NCBI GenBank assembly: GCA_963813715.1
Contig: CAWFAK010000003.1
Location: forward strand, 26,191-90,190
Reading direction: 5' to 3'
Origin: an uncultured Planctomycetaceae bacterium
GTDB lineage: Bacteria > Planctomycetota > Planctomycetia > Planctomycetales > Planctomycetaceae
Length of the DNA: 64,000 nt
A program made the translations under genes and the position numbers. The notes beneath the pieces were generated by a model. It made no database searches, was not told the origin of the DNA, and saw only the letters and a list, made by a program, of their open reading frames with translations. This document shows, piece by piece, positions 33,758-43,952 of this stretch. Numbering within the stretch: position 1 is the first letter of the stretch; each line of letters begins with the position of its first letter.

Positions 33758-33785
33758 ACGTCCGATAATGTCTGTTATGTTTAAT
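33758..33785 (+). other. dif-like XerC/XerD recombination site (probable chromosome terminus)
   Basis: ACGTCCGATAA-TGTCTG-TTATGTTTAAT has the 11-6-11 layout; the right arm differs from E. coli TTATGTTAAAT at one position; it lies between convergent genes. Confidence 0.85.
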
Positions 33786-33979
33786 TCGTTCCCGAAAAAC
33801 TCCGGGAAAAACGGCCTTTTCTTCTAGGCCGGGCCGCCTGCGGACTCCGGTTGCTTGAGCCACGCAGTTTCCGGAAACAATCTGCCCCGTTCCGGCTTCG
33901 GGGCTTTCCGATTCAAGCCCAAGCGGGCTCCGTCCGACACGCAACCCTTTGGAGTGGCATTGGCCCCCCCCAGTCCGGC

Positions 33980-35539
33980 CTAGCGACGCTCCCCACCCCG
34001 GAGGCGATCCTGGGTTGCGCTGTCGAGGGTGTGGATCGAAATCCCTGCCCGGCTCAACTCGCGCCGGATGCGACGCACGAGGGTCGTGCCGTCGACGTCC
34101 CGGGGGTCTGACTTTTGATCCCGGAGCTCGGTCCGCCAACCCCTCAGGACGTTGAGGGCGACGTCGTCCGGGATGCCATTGAACTGGGCCTCGATGTCCT
34201 CGGCGGCCATCGGCCGATCGGCGCCTCCGCCGAGCCCGCCCAACGAGCGGACGATTTGCCGCTCGAGCGAGACCCGTTCGTCGCGGCGGTCTCCCGTCGG
34301 TCCTCGATCGGCTCCCAACGAGCCGCGATCGTCTCCCAAACGGCCTCGGTCAGAGTCGATTCCTGGCAGCGGTCGACCTCGGTCAGATCCGAGTCCGGGA
34401 CCTCGATCCCGATCACCTCGATCGCGATCCGAGGCGAGCTCGGGACCGCCCAGGCCGGGACCATCGTCGAATCCAGGAGCGTTGGATGAGGCCGGGCGGC
34501 CGTTCTGCCAGTCGCGGAGCGTTTTGCGAATCATGTCGGGCACGGTGCTCGACGAGAGCAGTCGAGACAGCTCGCCGCGGTGCTCGGGCCGGGTGGCGCG
34601 CCAGGCTTTCCGCGCCAACAGGCGGAGCCCCTGGTCGAGCGCGGCGGGCAACGACGAGAGCCAGTGGCTTTCGTCGTCTCCCGGCGGGCCCAAGTCGTCG
34701 TCAGCCACGGCGCGGTCACGCCGCGGCGCGTCAACTGCCGCGTCATCGAAGGCCGAGTCGCGGCGGTCGCGCGGATGATCGGGAACCGCGTCGCGGCGGA
34801 TACCGTCGTCGCGGCGATCGGGGGCGTAGGGACCGTCGTCGCTCAGACGCCTGTCGTTCGGGCGGTCGGCCGGGCGATGATCGCCATCGAAGCTGCGATG
34901 ATCGTCAGCACGAGCATCCAGATCGCGGCGATCGAGTCCGTCCCGGCGGTCATCCGGTCGGTCGTCGTCGACGAACGGATCATCGCGATCATCTCCCTGA
35001 CGCCGTGCGTACTCCTCGTCGCGATGTTCGCGCTCGATGCCCCGCGGGTCCATGCGTCGCAGATAGGGCTCCAAGAGCGCGTGCAGGTCGCCGGGAATGA
35101 CCGGGTCGAGCCGGTCGATGGCGACGGCCGCCACGTAACCGCTTTCGGAATTGATGATCGACTCGCGGGCCGAGTGCGACAGCGTCACGAGGAAGAAGGT
35201 CAGGAACATGCTGAACATCGCGCCTTTGACCAGGCCGAGCAGGGCGCCCAGATGGCGGTCGAGCGCCTCGATCCGCATGTTTTCAATCGCCTCGTGCATC
35301 ACCCGCGCCACGCCGAAGCTGACGAACGAAAAGCCCAGGTAGAGCACCAGCATGGCGATCCACTTGTTGAGCGGCTCCTCGACGCGAATGAACGGCGCGA
35401 CGACATGCGACAGCGATCCCGAGAAGAAGAAGCACATCAAGAGGGCGGCTATCGTCGCCAGCTGCCAGACGACCCCCTTCATCGCGCCGCGAAACATCGC
35501 GTACATCAAGATGCCGAGGGTTAGAAGGTCGTACCACAT
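33980..35539 (-). CDS. CvpA (colicin V production) family membrane protein with a long Asp/Arg-rich extension
   Basis: RGAMKGVVWQL, LDRHLGALLGLVKG, ~4 TMs, then ~350 aa of low-complexity tail. Confidence 0.85.
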   Translation of the reverse strand: MWYDLLTLGILMYAMFRGAMKGVVWQLATIAALLMCFFFSGSLSHVVAPFIRVEEPLNKWIAMLVLYLGFSFVSFGVARVMHEAIENMRIEALDRHLGALLGLVKGAMFSMFLTFFLVTLSHSARESIINSESGYVAAVAIDRLDPVIPGDLHALLEPYLRRMDPRGIEREHRDEEYARRQGDDRDDPFVDDDRPDDRRDGLDRRDLDARADDHRSFDGDHRPADRPNDRRLSDDGPYAPDRRDDGIRRDAVPDHPRDRRDSAFDDAAVDAPRRDRAVADDDLGPPGDDESHWLSSLPAALDQGLRLLARKAWRATRPEHRGELSRLLSSSTVPDMIRKTLRDWQNGRPASSNAPGFDDGPGLGGPELASDRDRGDRDRGPGLGSDRGRPLPGIDSDRGRLGDDRGSLGADRGPTGDRRDERVSLERQIVRSLGGLGGGADRPMAAEDIEAQFNGIPDDVALNVLRGWRTELRDQKSDPRDVDGTTLVRRIRRELSRAGISIHTLDSATQDRLRGGERR

Positions 35540-35709
35540 GGGCGGCTTCCCTGCCTGAATGAAAAGAGGCTCGGCGCGCGCCGTCCAATCGGCGGCAGCC
35601 AAGGGGGCGGGAGTATAGCGAAAGGCGGCAAAACGGCAAAAGACCAAGTTGGCGGCGACGGGGCGGAGCGGGGGGCCGGCCGGGGACGCTCGAAATCAGC
35701 AGCTCGAAA

Positions 35710-36175
35710 TCAGCCCTTGGCGGCCTCGCGCATTTCGCGCGTGTCGAGAATCAGCGTCACCGGACCGTCGTTCACCAGCTCGACGTCCATATGTTCCTGA
35801 AAACGCCCCGTTTCGACCTCGGCCCCCTGCCCCTCGGACTTCAGCGACGAAGCCTCGGTACAACTCGACGGCCTGTTCGGGGCGGGCCGCCTCGATGAAG
35901 CTGGGGCGTCGCCCCTTGCGGCAATCGCCCAAGAGCGTGAACTGACTGACGACGAGCATCCGCCCGCCAACTTCCAACAGCGAGCGGTTCATCTTCCCCT
36001 CGTTGTCCGGAAAGATCCGCAGGCCGACGATCTTGGCGGCGAGGTAGATCACGTCGTCCTGCGTGTCGTGCTCGGCAACCCCCAGGAGCACGAGCAGACC
36101 CTTGTCGATCCGTCCGACGACTTCGCCGCCAACAGTGACGCTCGCCCGCGACACGCGCTGAATGACCGCTCGCAT
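35710..36175 (-). CDS. dtd: D-aminoacyl-tRNA deacylase (indel near 35830)
   Basis: [28 protein letters not shown]; the shifted frame gives [12 protein letters not shown]. Confidence 0.96.
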
Positions 36176-36227
36176 CAGTGTCTCGCCCTGAGATGTCTCG
36201 CCTTCACACGCTCTCTCGCAGAGGGCA

Positions 36228-37445
36228 TCAGGTTCGCGCGGCGATTGCCGCGGCTTGAGGCCGATCGGACTGATAGGGCTCGAGCGAAATGTCGGTCTCC
36301 TGGTCCAACAGCGCCTGACGGGTGAGGCGGGCGGTCCCGGGCGACATCTGCAGCCCGTTGCGAAAGTGGCCGGCCGCAATGAACAGATTGTCGAATCCCG
36401 CGACGCGGCCTAAGTAGGGAAGGCCGTCCCCCGACCCCGGGCGCAACCCCGACCAGGCCCGCTCGAACCGCGCCTGTGCGAGCGCGGGGACCCGGCTCGC
36501 GCCAAACGCCAAGAGCTCGCTGACGGCCGACGCTGTGTTCGCCTTCACGAAGCCCACGTGCTCTTCGGTCGCGCCGATCAAGATGTGGCCGTCGTCGCGG
36601 GGCACGATGTAGCGCGGACCGGTCTGCAGGACGTGCGTGAGCAGTTTCGAGCTTTGCGAGACGAGCACGATCTGGCCACGGACGGGGCTGATCCCCACGT
36701 CGACGCCGACCGACGACAGCAGCCCGCGCGACCAGGGCCCGCCCGCCACGAGATATCGGCCGGCCTGCACGCGACCCGAGTGCGTGAGGACGCCGTCGAT
36801 CCGCCGGCTGCGGTCCTCCCCATCGACCGGAGCCGGCTCGCCCGGCGTTTCATCCTCATCGAGAGTTGTTTCTGGGCACGCGCCTAACCCGTCGAGCGCG
36901 ACGACCGGCGTTCCCGGACGCAGACGAACGCCGCGCGCTCCGCAGGCCGCCAGCAGTGCTTTGATCAGGCGCGGATTCCGCACCTGGCCGAGATCGGGGA
37001 GACGATAGGCGCCGGCGATCTCGGGAGCGACGAGCGGCTCGAACTCACGCAGCACGTCCAGGCTGAGCGTCTCGACGCGGATGCCCTCCCCGCGCAACGA
37101 CTCGACTTCGTTCGATAGTTGATCCACTCCCTCGTCGGTGCCCGGTCCGCTCGCAGTGCGCAGTTCCAGTCCGCCGCAGCGCGTGTAACCGGTTTCGATT
37201 CCCGTCTCGGCGGCCAGCGACTCGGCCCAGTCGGGCCAGAGGGCGTGACTCAGGGCGCGGAGGCGCGATTCGGGCGTGGTGGCGGCGTCGAGATTGCCCG
37301 GGGGCAAAATGCCCGCGCCGGCCCAGCTCGCCTCGCGGCCGAAGTCACCCTGCTCGAGCACGGTGACGGCCGCCCCCTGCCCGGCCAGTTCGAGCGCGAC
37401 CGACAGTCCGATCACGCCGCCGCCGATCACAATCACGTCGTCCAT
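36228..37445 (-). CDS. thiO: Glycine oxidase ThiO / DAO-family FAD oxidoreductase
   Basis: [41 protein letters not shown]. Confidence 0.85.
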   Translation of the reverse strand: MDDVIVIGGGVIGLSVALELAGQGAAVTVLEQGDFGREASWAGAGILPPGNLDAATTPESRLRALSHALWPDWAESLAAETGIETGYTRCGGLELRTASGPGTDEGVDQLSNEVESLRGEGIRVETLSLDVLREFEPLVAPEIAGAYRLPDLGQVRNPRLIKALLAACGARGVRLRPGTPVVALDGLGACPETTLDEDETPGEPAPVDGEDRSRRIDGVLTHSGRVQAGRYLVAGGPWSRGLLSSVGVDVGISPVRGQIVLVSQSSKLLTHVLQTGPRYIVPRDDGHILIGATEEHVGFVKANTASAVSELLAFGASRVPALAQARFERAWSGLRPGSGDGLPYLGRVAGFDNLFIAAGHFRNGLQMSPGTARLTRQALLDQETDISLEPYQSDRPQAAAIAART

Positions 37446-37484
37446 CGGGCCCCTGACAGTCTGGACTGAGCTTCGTCGTCGCTC

Positions 37485-39471
37485 TTAGTTGTTGTCGCCT
37501 CGGGCGGCTTTGGCGGCCTGCTGCAAGAAATCGTCGGCCAACGCGCGAGGGTCGCTACTGTAAACATCGCGAAAGGCGTCGGCCTGACTCGCCCCGTTGA
37601 CGAGCTGTTGCACGAAGCGCGGGAAAAGAGTTTTGCCCCGGCGATCGATCAGGAACGCCGTCACCGCTTCGCCGACGTCGGCAAGCGCCGTGGAAGAGAA
37701 CGAACCATCGGTCAGCAGATCGTCCGGCTTTTCCAGCGAGCCGACCAACCGATAGAGGGCCGCCCATTGTACGCCCGCGAGCGCCGGCTGGCTGCCCCCC
37801 GCTGCTGCCACGCGGCCGCTGCCGGCAACGATCCAATCGGGGAGCTTTTTGTCGGCCCGCTTGAGCAGGGCCGCCGTCAGCTGTTCGGTGAGATTTTTTT
37901 GAAGCGACGCCGCCTGCCCCGGCCCGCCCTCGGGCGCAGACTCGCGGTCTTCGACCACGATGTACGCCTCCTTGAGATCGGGCCTCACGTCGGCAGCACC
38001 GTGGATCGCAGCGGCCGGCTCGCGTTTCGTGATGGTCTGACTGAATTCCTCGAACGAGTTGCGATCCTTGAGCACGAAAACGGCCAGGCCTCCCTTGAAC
38101 GCCGGCTTGGACGTATCGCCCAGGAAGTCGCGCGCGGCTCGTAAGCCGGCGCCCGCGAGACGCAGCGACTCTTTCAAACGCTCCTCGGAGACGTTGCCCA
38201 ACAGGAGGAAGTCTTCATTCTCGGCGCGCGCTGCCTCAGTGCGAGGAAACGTCCGCCGCCACTGCTCGTCGCTCCGCGAGCGGCGTTTCTCTCGCAGTTC
38301 CTCTGCGGAGGTGCGGGCCAACTCGGCTTTGCGGCGTTCGGCTTCACTCGGGACAAGGCTCGCCAGCCGCCGTTTGGGGTCGCTACCGTCAAACGCAGCG
38401 CCTTCCTCGATCCAGGCCCGCAGTTTGGCCCACTGGGACCGCGTGATGCGTTCGTCGCCCGGCGGCATTTTGAACGGTTTTTGTTCGCCGGCCAGCTGCC
38501 ACAGCCGACTCTTGCCGAGTTGACCTGGATCGATCACCGGTCCGCTCTTGCCCCCGGTCCAGAGCTGCTCGAAGGTCTCCATCGAGAGTCCGCCCTTGGG
38601 TTCGTTGCCGCTGTGACAACGCAGGCAGCTGTTGACCAGGATGGGAGCGATGTCTCGGGTGAAGGCGACGGTCTCGCCCCCTTTCGGTTTTTGAATGTCG
38701 ATCTTGGGAGTCATCGCCGCCCTCTTGGCCGGCGCCCCGCGGCGCTGCGCCAGCGCGCCGCCGGCCGGCGCGAGTTTGTCGAGCGGCTTCGACGCATCAT
38801 CGCCGTCGAACTTGGCTCCTCGATTGATCCACTCGGCGATCTTGAGGCAATCGGCCTCGGCGAGGGGCTCTCCGCCTTTGGGCATCCGTGTCGGGCCGGG
38901 CACCACCAGCCGACCCATCAGCAGGCTGTTTTGTGCGTCGCCGATGACCAAGAGCGGCCCAGATTTGCCCCCCTTCTCCCAGCCGGCAAAAGTGTCGAGC
39001 CGCAGCCCGCCTTTGGCTTCTTTGCCGTGACAGTCGAGACAGTGCGCCTTGATGATCGGCGCGACCTGGGCGACGAAGCTGGCCCCCTGCTCTGTCTTCT
39101 TATCTGTCTTCTTAGCCGTGCGATCAGTCTTCTTTCCCCCTTGGTAGCGCTTCGCGCGCTTTGGCGATGGCCTCGCGACGGCCGGCGATCAACTTCTTGA
39201 GGCTGGCAAGGTGCGAGTCGTCGGCCGACAGACCCGTATCTTTGATGAACGCCTCCAGACGCTGCTCGGCGTCGGCGGTTTTCTTTTCCGCGTCGTCGAT
39301 CGCATCGCGGTGGACGGGTACGTGCACCTTGGTAATGGCCGCGCGAATGGCCGCCAATTCCTTGCGTTGAGCGGCAGTCAACCCGGCGGCTTGTGACGAC
39401 TCGGCGAGTGATCCGAAGCACAGAAGCGCGACGACGCTGCACAAAAACCAGACCCGAAAACAGCCATCCAT
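37485..39471 (-). CDS. Secreted protein with two planctomycete cytochrome c domains (frameshifted)
   Basis: Signal peptide; CLDCH (~39030-39045) and CLRCH motifs, each preceded by F...[VI]API and followed by GGL and later MP; ends in a peptidase-MA-like helical region. Confidence 0.75.
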
Positions 39472-39647
39472 CTGTTCACCTTCGAAAGCCGAAAGCCTTT
39501 TCGGAGTTTAATCGAAAGCAAAATCGCGCGACACCGAGCGCCGCACGGCCTGTTTGCGCGGCTGGAAGCCACGCGTCAGTGTTTTGTCAGCCGACACGCA
39601 TGCGCATCCCCGTGGATGCCGCCGGGCGACCCCGATATAGTTCAGGT

Positions 39648-40527
39648 ATGAGCGAATGTGATTCCACTCTGGCCGCCAAGCGCGATCGGCTGCTCGACAT
39701 TTTGCGAGCCTGCGGCCGCGTGGCGGTGGCCTACTCGGGCGGCGTCGACAGCGCGGTCGTTGCCAAGGCCGCCCAATTGGCGTGCGGCGACGATGCTGTG
39801 GCCATCACGGCGGTCAGCGCCAGTCTGGCATCGGGCGAACGCGACGCGGCCGCAGCGCTCGCCGCCCAGATCGGCATTCGGCACGTTGTGATTCAGACGG
39901 ACGAGTTTTCGAATCCCGACTATCTCAAGAACGCTCCCGACCGCTGCTACTTCTGCAAGACCGAGCTCTACACGCAACTGGAAAACCTGCTGGCGAAGCC
40001 GCACGCGGACTTGCCTGAATTCGACGTAGTGGTGAACGGAGCCAACCTGGACGACCGGGGCGACTACCGGCCGGGAATGCAGGCGGCTCGCGAACACGCC
40101 GTCCGCAGCCCGCTGATCGAAGCCGGCCTGACGAAAGCCGACGTTCGCCAGTTGGCCGCTCACTGGCAGCTCGCCGTCTGGGACAAACCGGCCACGCCCT
40201 GTCTGTCGAGCCGCATCGCCTACGGCCTGGCGGTCACGCCCGAGCGCGTCGAACGAGTCGATCGGGCCGAGCAGTTTCTTGCGAGAGGAATTCGGCCTCC
40301 GCGAATTTCGCGTGCGACACGAGGCGGGCGACTTGGCGCGGATCGAAGTCCCGCTCGAGGCCCTGCCCCGACTGATCTCCGAACCGGCCCGCAAAACGAT
40401 CTCCGATAAGATGCATAGCCTGGGTTTCAAATACGTCTCGCTCGACCTCGACGGCTTTCGCTCGGGCAGCATGAACGCCGTCGTGCCGCTCGAGAGTCTG
40501 CTTCACAGTCGTTCGAGCGCGCGGTAA
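39648..40527 (+). CDS. larE: ATP-dependent sacrificial sulfur transferase LarE (indel near 40280)
   Basis: VAYSGGVDS, DRCYFCK, DDRGDYRPG, PCLSSR, LDLDGFRSGSMN. Confidence 0.9.
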
Positions 40528-40551
40528 CCGCGTCGCACTGGTCGGCCGCGC

Positions 40552-41793
40552 TCATGCGATGCCCGGCACCGGGTAACTCTTGGTGAACTCGCCGATCTCG
40601 CCGCGGACTCGTTGCAGGACAGTTTCGTCGGTCGGGGCGCGGAGCACTTCGAGGATCCATTGGCCGACCCGCTTCATTTCGTCCTGCCGCATACCGCGCG
40701 TGGTGAGGGCCGCGGTGCCGATGCGAATGCCGCTGGGGTCGAGGGGTTTGCGTTGGTCGAAGGGAATCATGTTCTTGTTGACGGTGATGGCCGCCTTGTC
40801 GAGCGCTTCTTCGGCGATCTTGCCGGTGAGCCCCACCGAGGTCATGTCGCAGAGCATCAGGTGATTGTCGGTGCCGCCGGAGGCCAGGCGGATCCCCCCT
40901 TGCATCAAGGTGTCGGCGAGCGTCTTGGCGTTGGCCACGATCTGGCGGGCGTAGTCTTTGAAGCTCGGCTCCGCTGCCTCGCGGAAGCAGATCGCCTTGG
41001 CGGCGACGATGTGCTCCAGCGGCCCCCCCTGCATTCCCGGGAAGACCGTCTTATCGAGTGCCTTGGCGTGCGCCTCCGTGCAAAGCACGAACCCCGAGCG
41101 CGGGCCGCGGAGCGTTTTGTGCGAGGTTGACGTGACGAAGTCGGCCACCGGCACCGGGCTGTTGTGAACGCCGCCGGCGACCAGGCCGGCATAGTGCGCC
41201 ATGTCGACCATGAAGAGCGCGCCCACCGAGCGGGCGATCTCCGCGAACTTGGCGTGGTCGATCTCGCGGGGATAAGCGCTCGCCCCGGCCACGATCAGCT
41301 TGGGCTTGTGCTCGCGAGCCTGCTTGGCCACATGATCGAAATCGATGCGATGATCGCTCTCGCGGACGCCGTACGACACCACGTTGTAAAGCTGGCCCGA
41401 GAAATTGACCGGGCTGCCGTGCGTCAGGTGGCCGCCCTGGGCCAGGTTCATCGCCAGGTAGGTGTCGCCCGGCTTGAGCACCGTCAGGTAGACGGCCATG
41501 TTGGCTTGCGAGCCGGCGTGCGGCTGCACGTTGGCGTGGTCGCTGCCGAAGAGAGCACACGCCCGCCGTCGGGCCAATTCCTCGATGGTGTCGATCACTT
41601 CGCAGCCGCCGTAATAGCGGCGACCCGGATAACCCTCCGCATATTTATTGGTGAGGATGGTGCCGGCGGCTTCGAGCACGGCCGCGCTCGTGTAGTTTTC
41701 CGAGGCGATCAGCTCCAGGCCCAGCTTCTGCCGGGTCATTTCGCGTTTGATGGCTGCCCAAATTTCCGGGTCCGATTTTTCGATTGCCGACAT
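40552..41793 (-). CDS. glyA: Serine hydroxymethyltransferase
   Basis: [41 protein letters not shown]. Confidence 0.98.
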   Translation of the reverse strand: MSAIEKSDPEIWAAIKREMTRQKLGLELIASENYTSAAVLEAAGTILTNKYAEGYPGRRYYGGCEVIDTIEELARRRACALFGSDHANVQPHAGSQANMAVYLTVLKPGDTYLAMNLAQGGHLTHGSPVNFSGQLYNVVSYGVRESDHRIDFDHVAKQAREHKPKLIVAGASAYPREIDHAKFAEIARSVGALFMVDMAHYAGLVAGGVHNSPVPVADFVTSTSHKTLRGPRSGFVLCTEAHAKALDKTVFPGMQGGPLEHIVAAKAICFREAAEPSFKDYARQIVANAKTLADTLMQGGIRLASGGTDNHLMLCDMTSVGLTGKIAEEALDKAAITVNKNMIPFDQRKPLDPSGIRIGTAALTTRGMRQDEMKRVGQWILEVLRAPTDETVLQRVRGEIGEFTKSYPVPGIA

Positions 41794-42037
41794 GGGAACT
41801 CCTTCGTTTGGGCATTCAGATAGACGAGGCGGGCGGCGGCGATGAAGCCAGTTTCTCATAAAGCCGGGGCCGCTGGTGAAGATAGTTCAGGATCCGGGTG
41901 CCGACAAGTTGTGAGAGCCCGCCCCAGCCCCGCTCGAATTCGTGGATTAGCGAGACACCGTTTCGCCTTGGTAAGATCGACACGTCGATTGGACCGGCAG
42001 GAGTCGCCGGCCCGAATTCGTGCACCAGGATGCCGAA

Positions 42038-43391
42038 GTGATCAGCAAAACCCATTCGAGCGACGCCTCCACGACCGATGCGGACGCCGAGCCGTCCGCG
42101 CCGTCGCCGGAAGCGTCGGCAGTTCGCCGAATCTGGCCGGAGAGCGGGTTTCCTTCACCGGCACGCTGGCCTCGATGACGCACCTGCAAGCGCACGAACT
42201 GGCCCAGCAGCACGGCGGCACCGCCACGCAGCACGTCAGCCGCCAGACCACGATGCTCGTCGTCGGCGAAGAGGGCTGGCCGCTCGAGCCCAACGGGCAC
42301 CCATCGCTCGACATGCAGGAGGCGTCGCGGCTGCAGCAAGAAGGCTTGCCGCTGCGAATCGTCAGCGAGTCGGACTGGCTGCGGCTGTTGGGGCTCGACG
42401 GCCGGTGCCGCGAAGTGCACGCCCTCTACACGCCCGCCATGCTGTCCCGCTCGCTCAACGTGCCCATCGGCACCATCCGTCGCTGGGAACGGATCGGTCT
42501 CATTCGTCCGGTGAAAAAAGTCTATCGCCTCCCCTATTTTGATTATGCCGAGGCCGCTGGCGTCCGGCGGTTGAACGATTTGCTGCAGGCCGGCGTGCCC
42601 CGCTCCCAGCTCGAAGCCAGCCTCGCCAAAATTCGCCACTTGCTGCCCGGAGTCGAGCGGCCCTTGGCGCAGCTCAACTTGCTGGCCCAGGACGCGCGGC
42701 TCGTCGCCCGCGACGATCGCGGCCTCTTCGAGCCGACCACCGGGCAGCGCTGCTTCGACTTTAGTGCCGCGGCCCCGGACGGCACTCCCCTGCCCTCCGC
42801 AGCGGATGCGGCCGAAGCCGAAGACGGAATCCATTTTGGCATTTCGTCGCACCGCGACCGACAGCGAGACCGACACCACCGCGACGACCGACTCGCCGGC
42901 CGACGACGCTGCGCAAGCACTGGTCGAGCGAGCAGTGGTTCGCCGAGGGTTGCCGACATCTTGATGCCCATCGCCCGGAGGCGGCGATCGAGGCATTTCG
43001 GCTAGCTCTCATGGATCGGTCCGAGAGTCCGGAGATTCATTTCCATCTGGCCGACGCCCTCTTCCGCTTGGGCCGGGCCGACGCCGCACTCGAGCGGTAC
43101 TACGCGGCCGTCGAAGTCGATCACAACTATCTCGAAGCCTGGATGCAGATCGGCTCGCTGCTGGCCGCCCGCGGCGAACTGGAGCCGGCGCTCGAAGCCC
43201 TCACGCTGGCCCTATCCATTCATGCCGACTACGCCGACGCCCACTGGCAGACGGCCGACGTGCTGTTGCAACTGGGCCGAACCGAGGAAGCGGTCGACCA
43301 CTGGCGGAGCTATTTGTGCTTCGACACGCGCGGCCCCTGGGCAGAAGAAGCACGCCAACGGCTCGAAGAATTCGGCACGCCGACTGAGTGA
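42038..43391 (+). CDS. BRCT + MerR-type HTH + TPR protein (start uncertain, frameshifted)
   Basis: VSFTGTLASM...HGG...VSRQTTMLVVGEEGWP (BRCT); TIRRWERIGLIRP (MerR HTH); TPRs in ORF 43011..43391. Confidence 0.75.
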
Positions 43392-43504
43392 CTTCTCTGC
43401 TTCGACTCGGCTGGCGAGACAACGTCCCGGCAATTCGCGGGCTCTTCAGCGTGCTCTATGCCAAGCACACCCAACGCCAGCGCGCCTGGTTTCAGCGCCT
43501 GATC

Positions 43505-43750
43505 TCAGTGGCCCTGGTGGTGGAAAGTCCACCAGCCGACGCCGGACATCACGATCACGGTGTAGAGGAAGAAGATGGCCAGCATCTTGCCGAGACTCCG
43601 TCCCGCGTCGGCATCGTCTTCTTCGAACTGCTCGACTTGCTGCTCCGAGAACGGTCCCCCCTCGCCCGGCGAAGGAGGATCATCGTGACCAAGGACCGCC
43701 GTGGCAGAGGCGGCCGGCGCGTGGACGTCAGCGTGGATCGGCTCCGACAT
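43505..43750 (-). CDS. Small single-TM hypothetical protein
   Basis: Acidic N-terminus followed by the TM MLAIFFLYTVIVMSGVGWWT. Confidence 0.6.
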   Translation of the reverse strand: MSEPIHADVHAPAASATAVLGHDDPPSPGEGGPFSEQQVEQFEEDDADAGRSLGKMLAIFFLYTVIVMSGVGWWTFHHQGH

Positions 43751-43874
43751 ATCAATCCGACTCCCGAGAATTCCCAGATCGCAGTCTCTCAGAATTGTGG
43801 CGTAGAAACGACTTCTTGTCGAGCGAATCCCGTCCCAGTTTCTCGGTGCGCAGGCCTCGGGGCGCAGGCTCTCC

Positions 43875-43911
43875 GGATGCCACGGCTCAGACGCCTCGGC
43901 TCAGCCGTGTT
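43875..43911 (+). repeat. REP family 1, single diverged copy
   Basis: GGATGCCACGGCTCAGACGCCTCGGCTCAGCCGTG versus GGGTGCCACGGCTGAGACGCTTCGGCTCAGCCGTG at 45992. Confidence 0.85.
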
Positions 43912-43952
43912 TTTAGGTCTCGGGAAATCAATTCGTCAGCAAATGAGTGCCG

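Noticed and set aside
33860..33935. tRNA-like segment (GATTCAAGCCC) near dif
   Set aside because: No cloverleaf, D arm or acceptor-stem pairing could be built.
39648..40527. larE as evidence of a lactate racemase/NPN cofactor cluster
   Set aside because: No larA/larB/larC nearby; stand-alone larE homologues are common.
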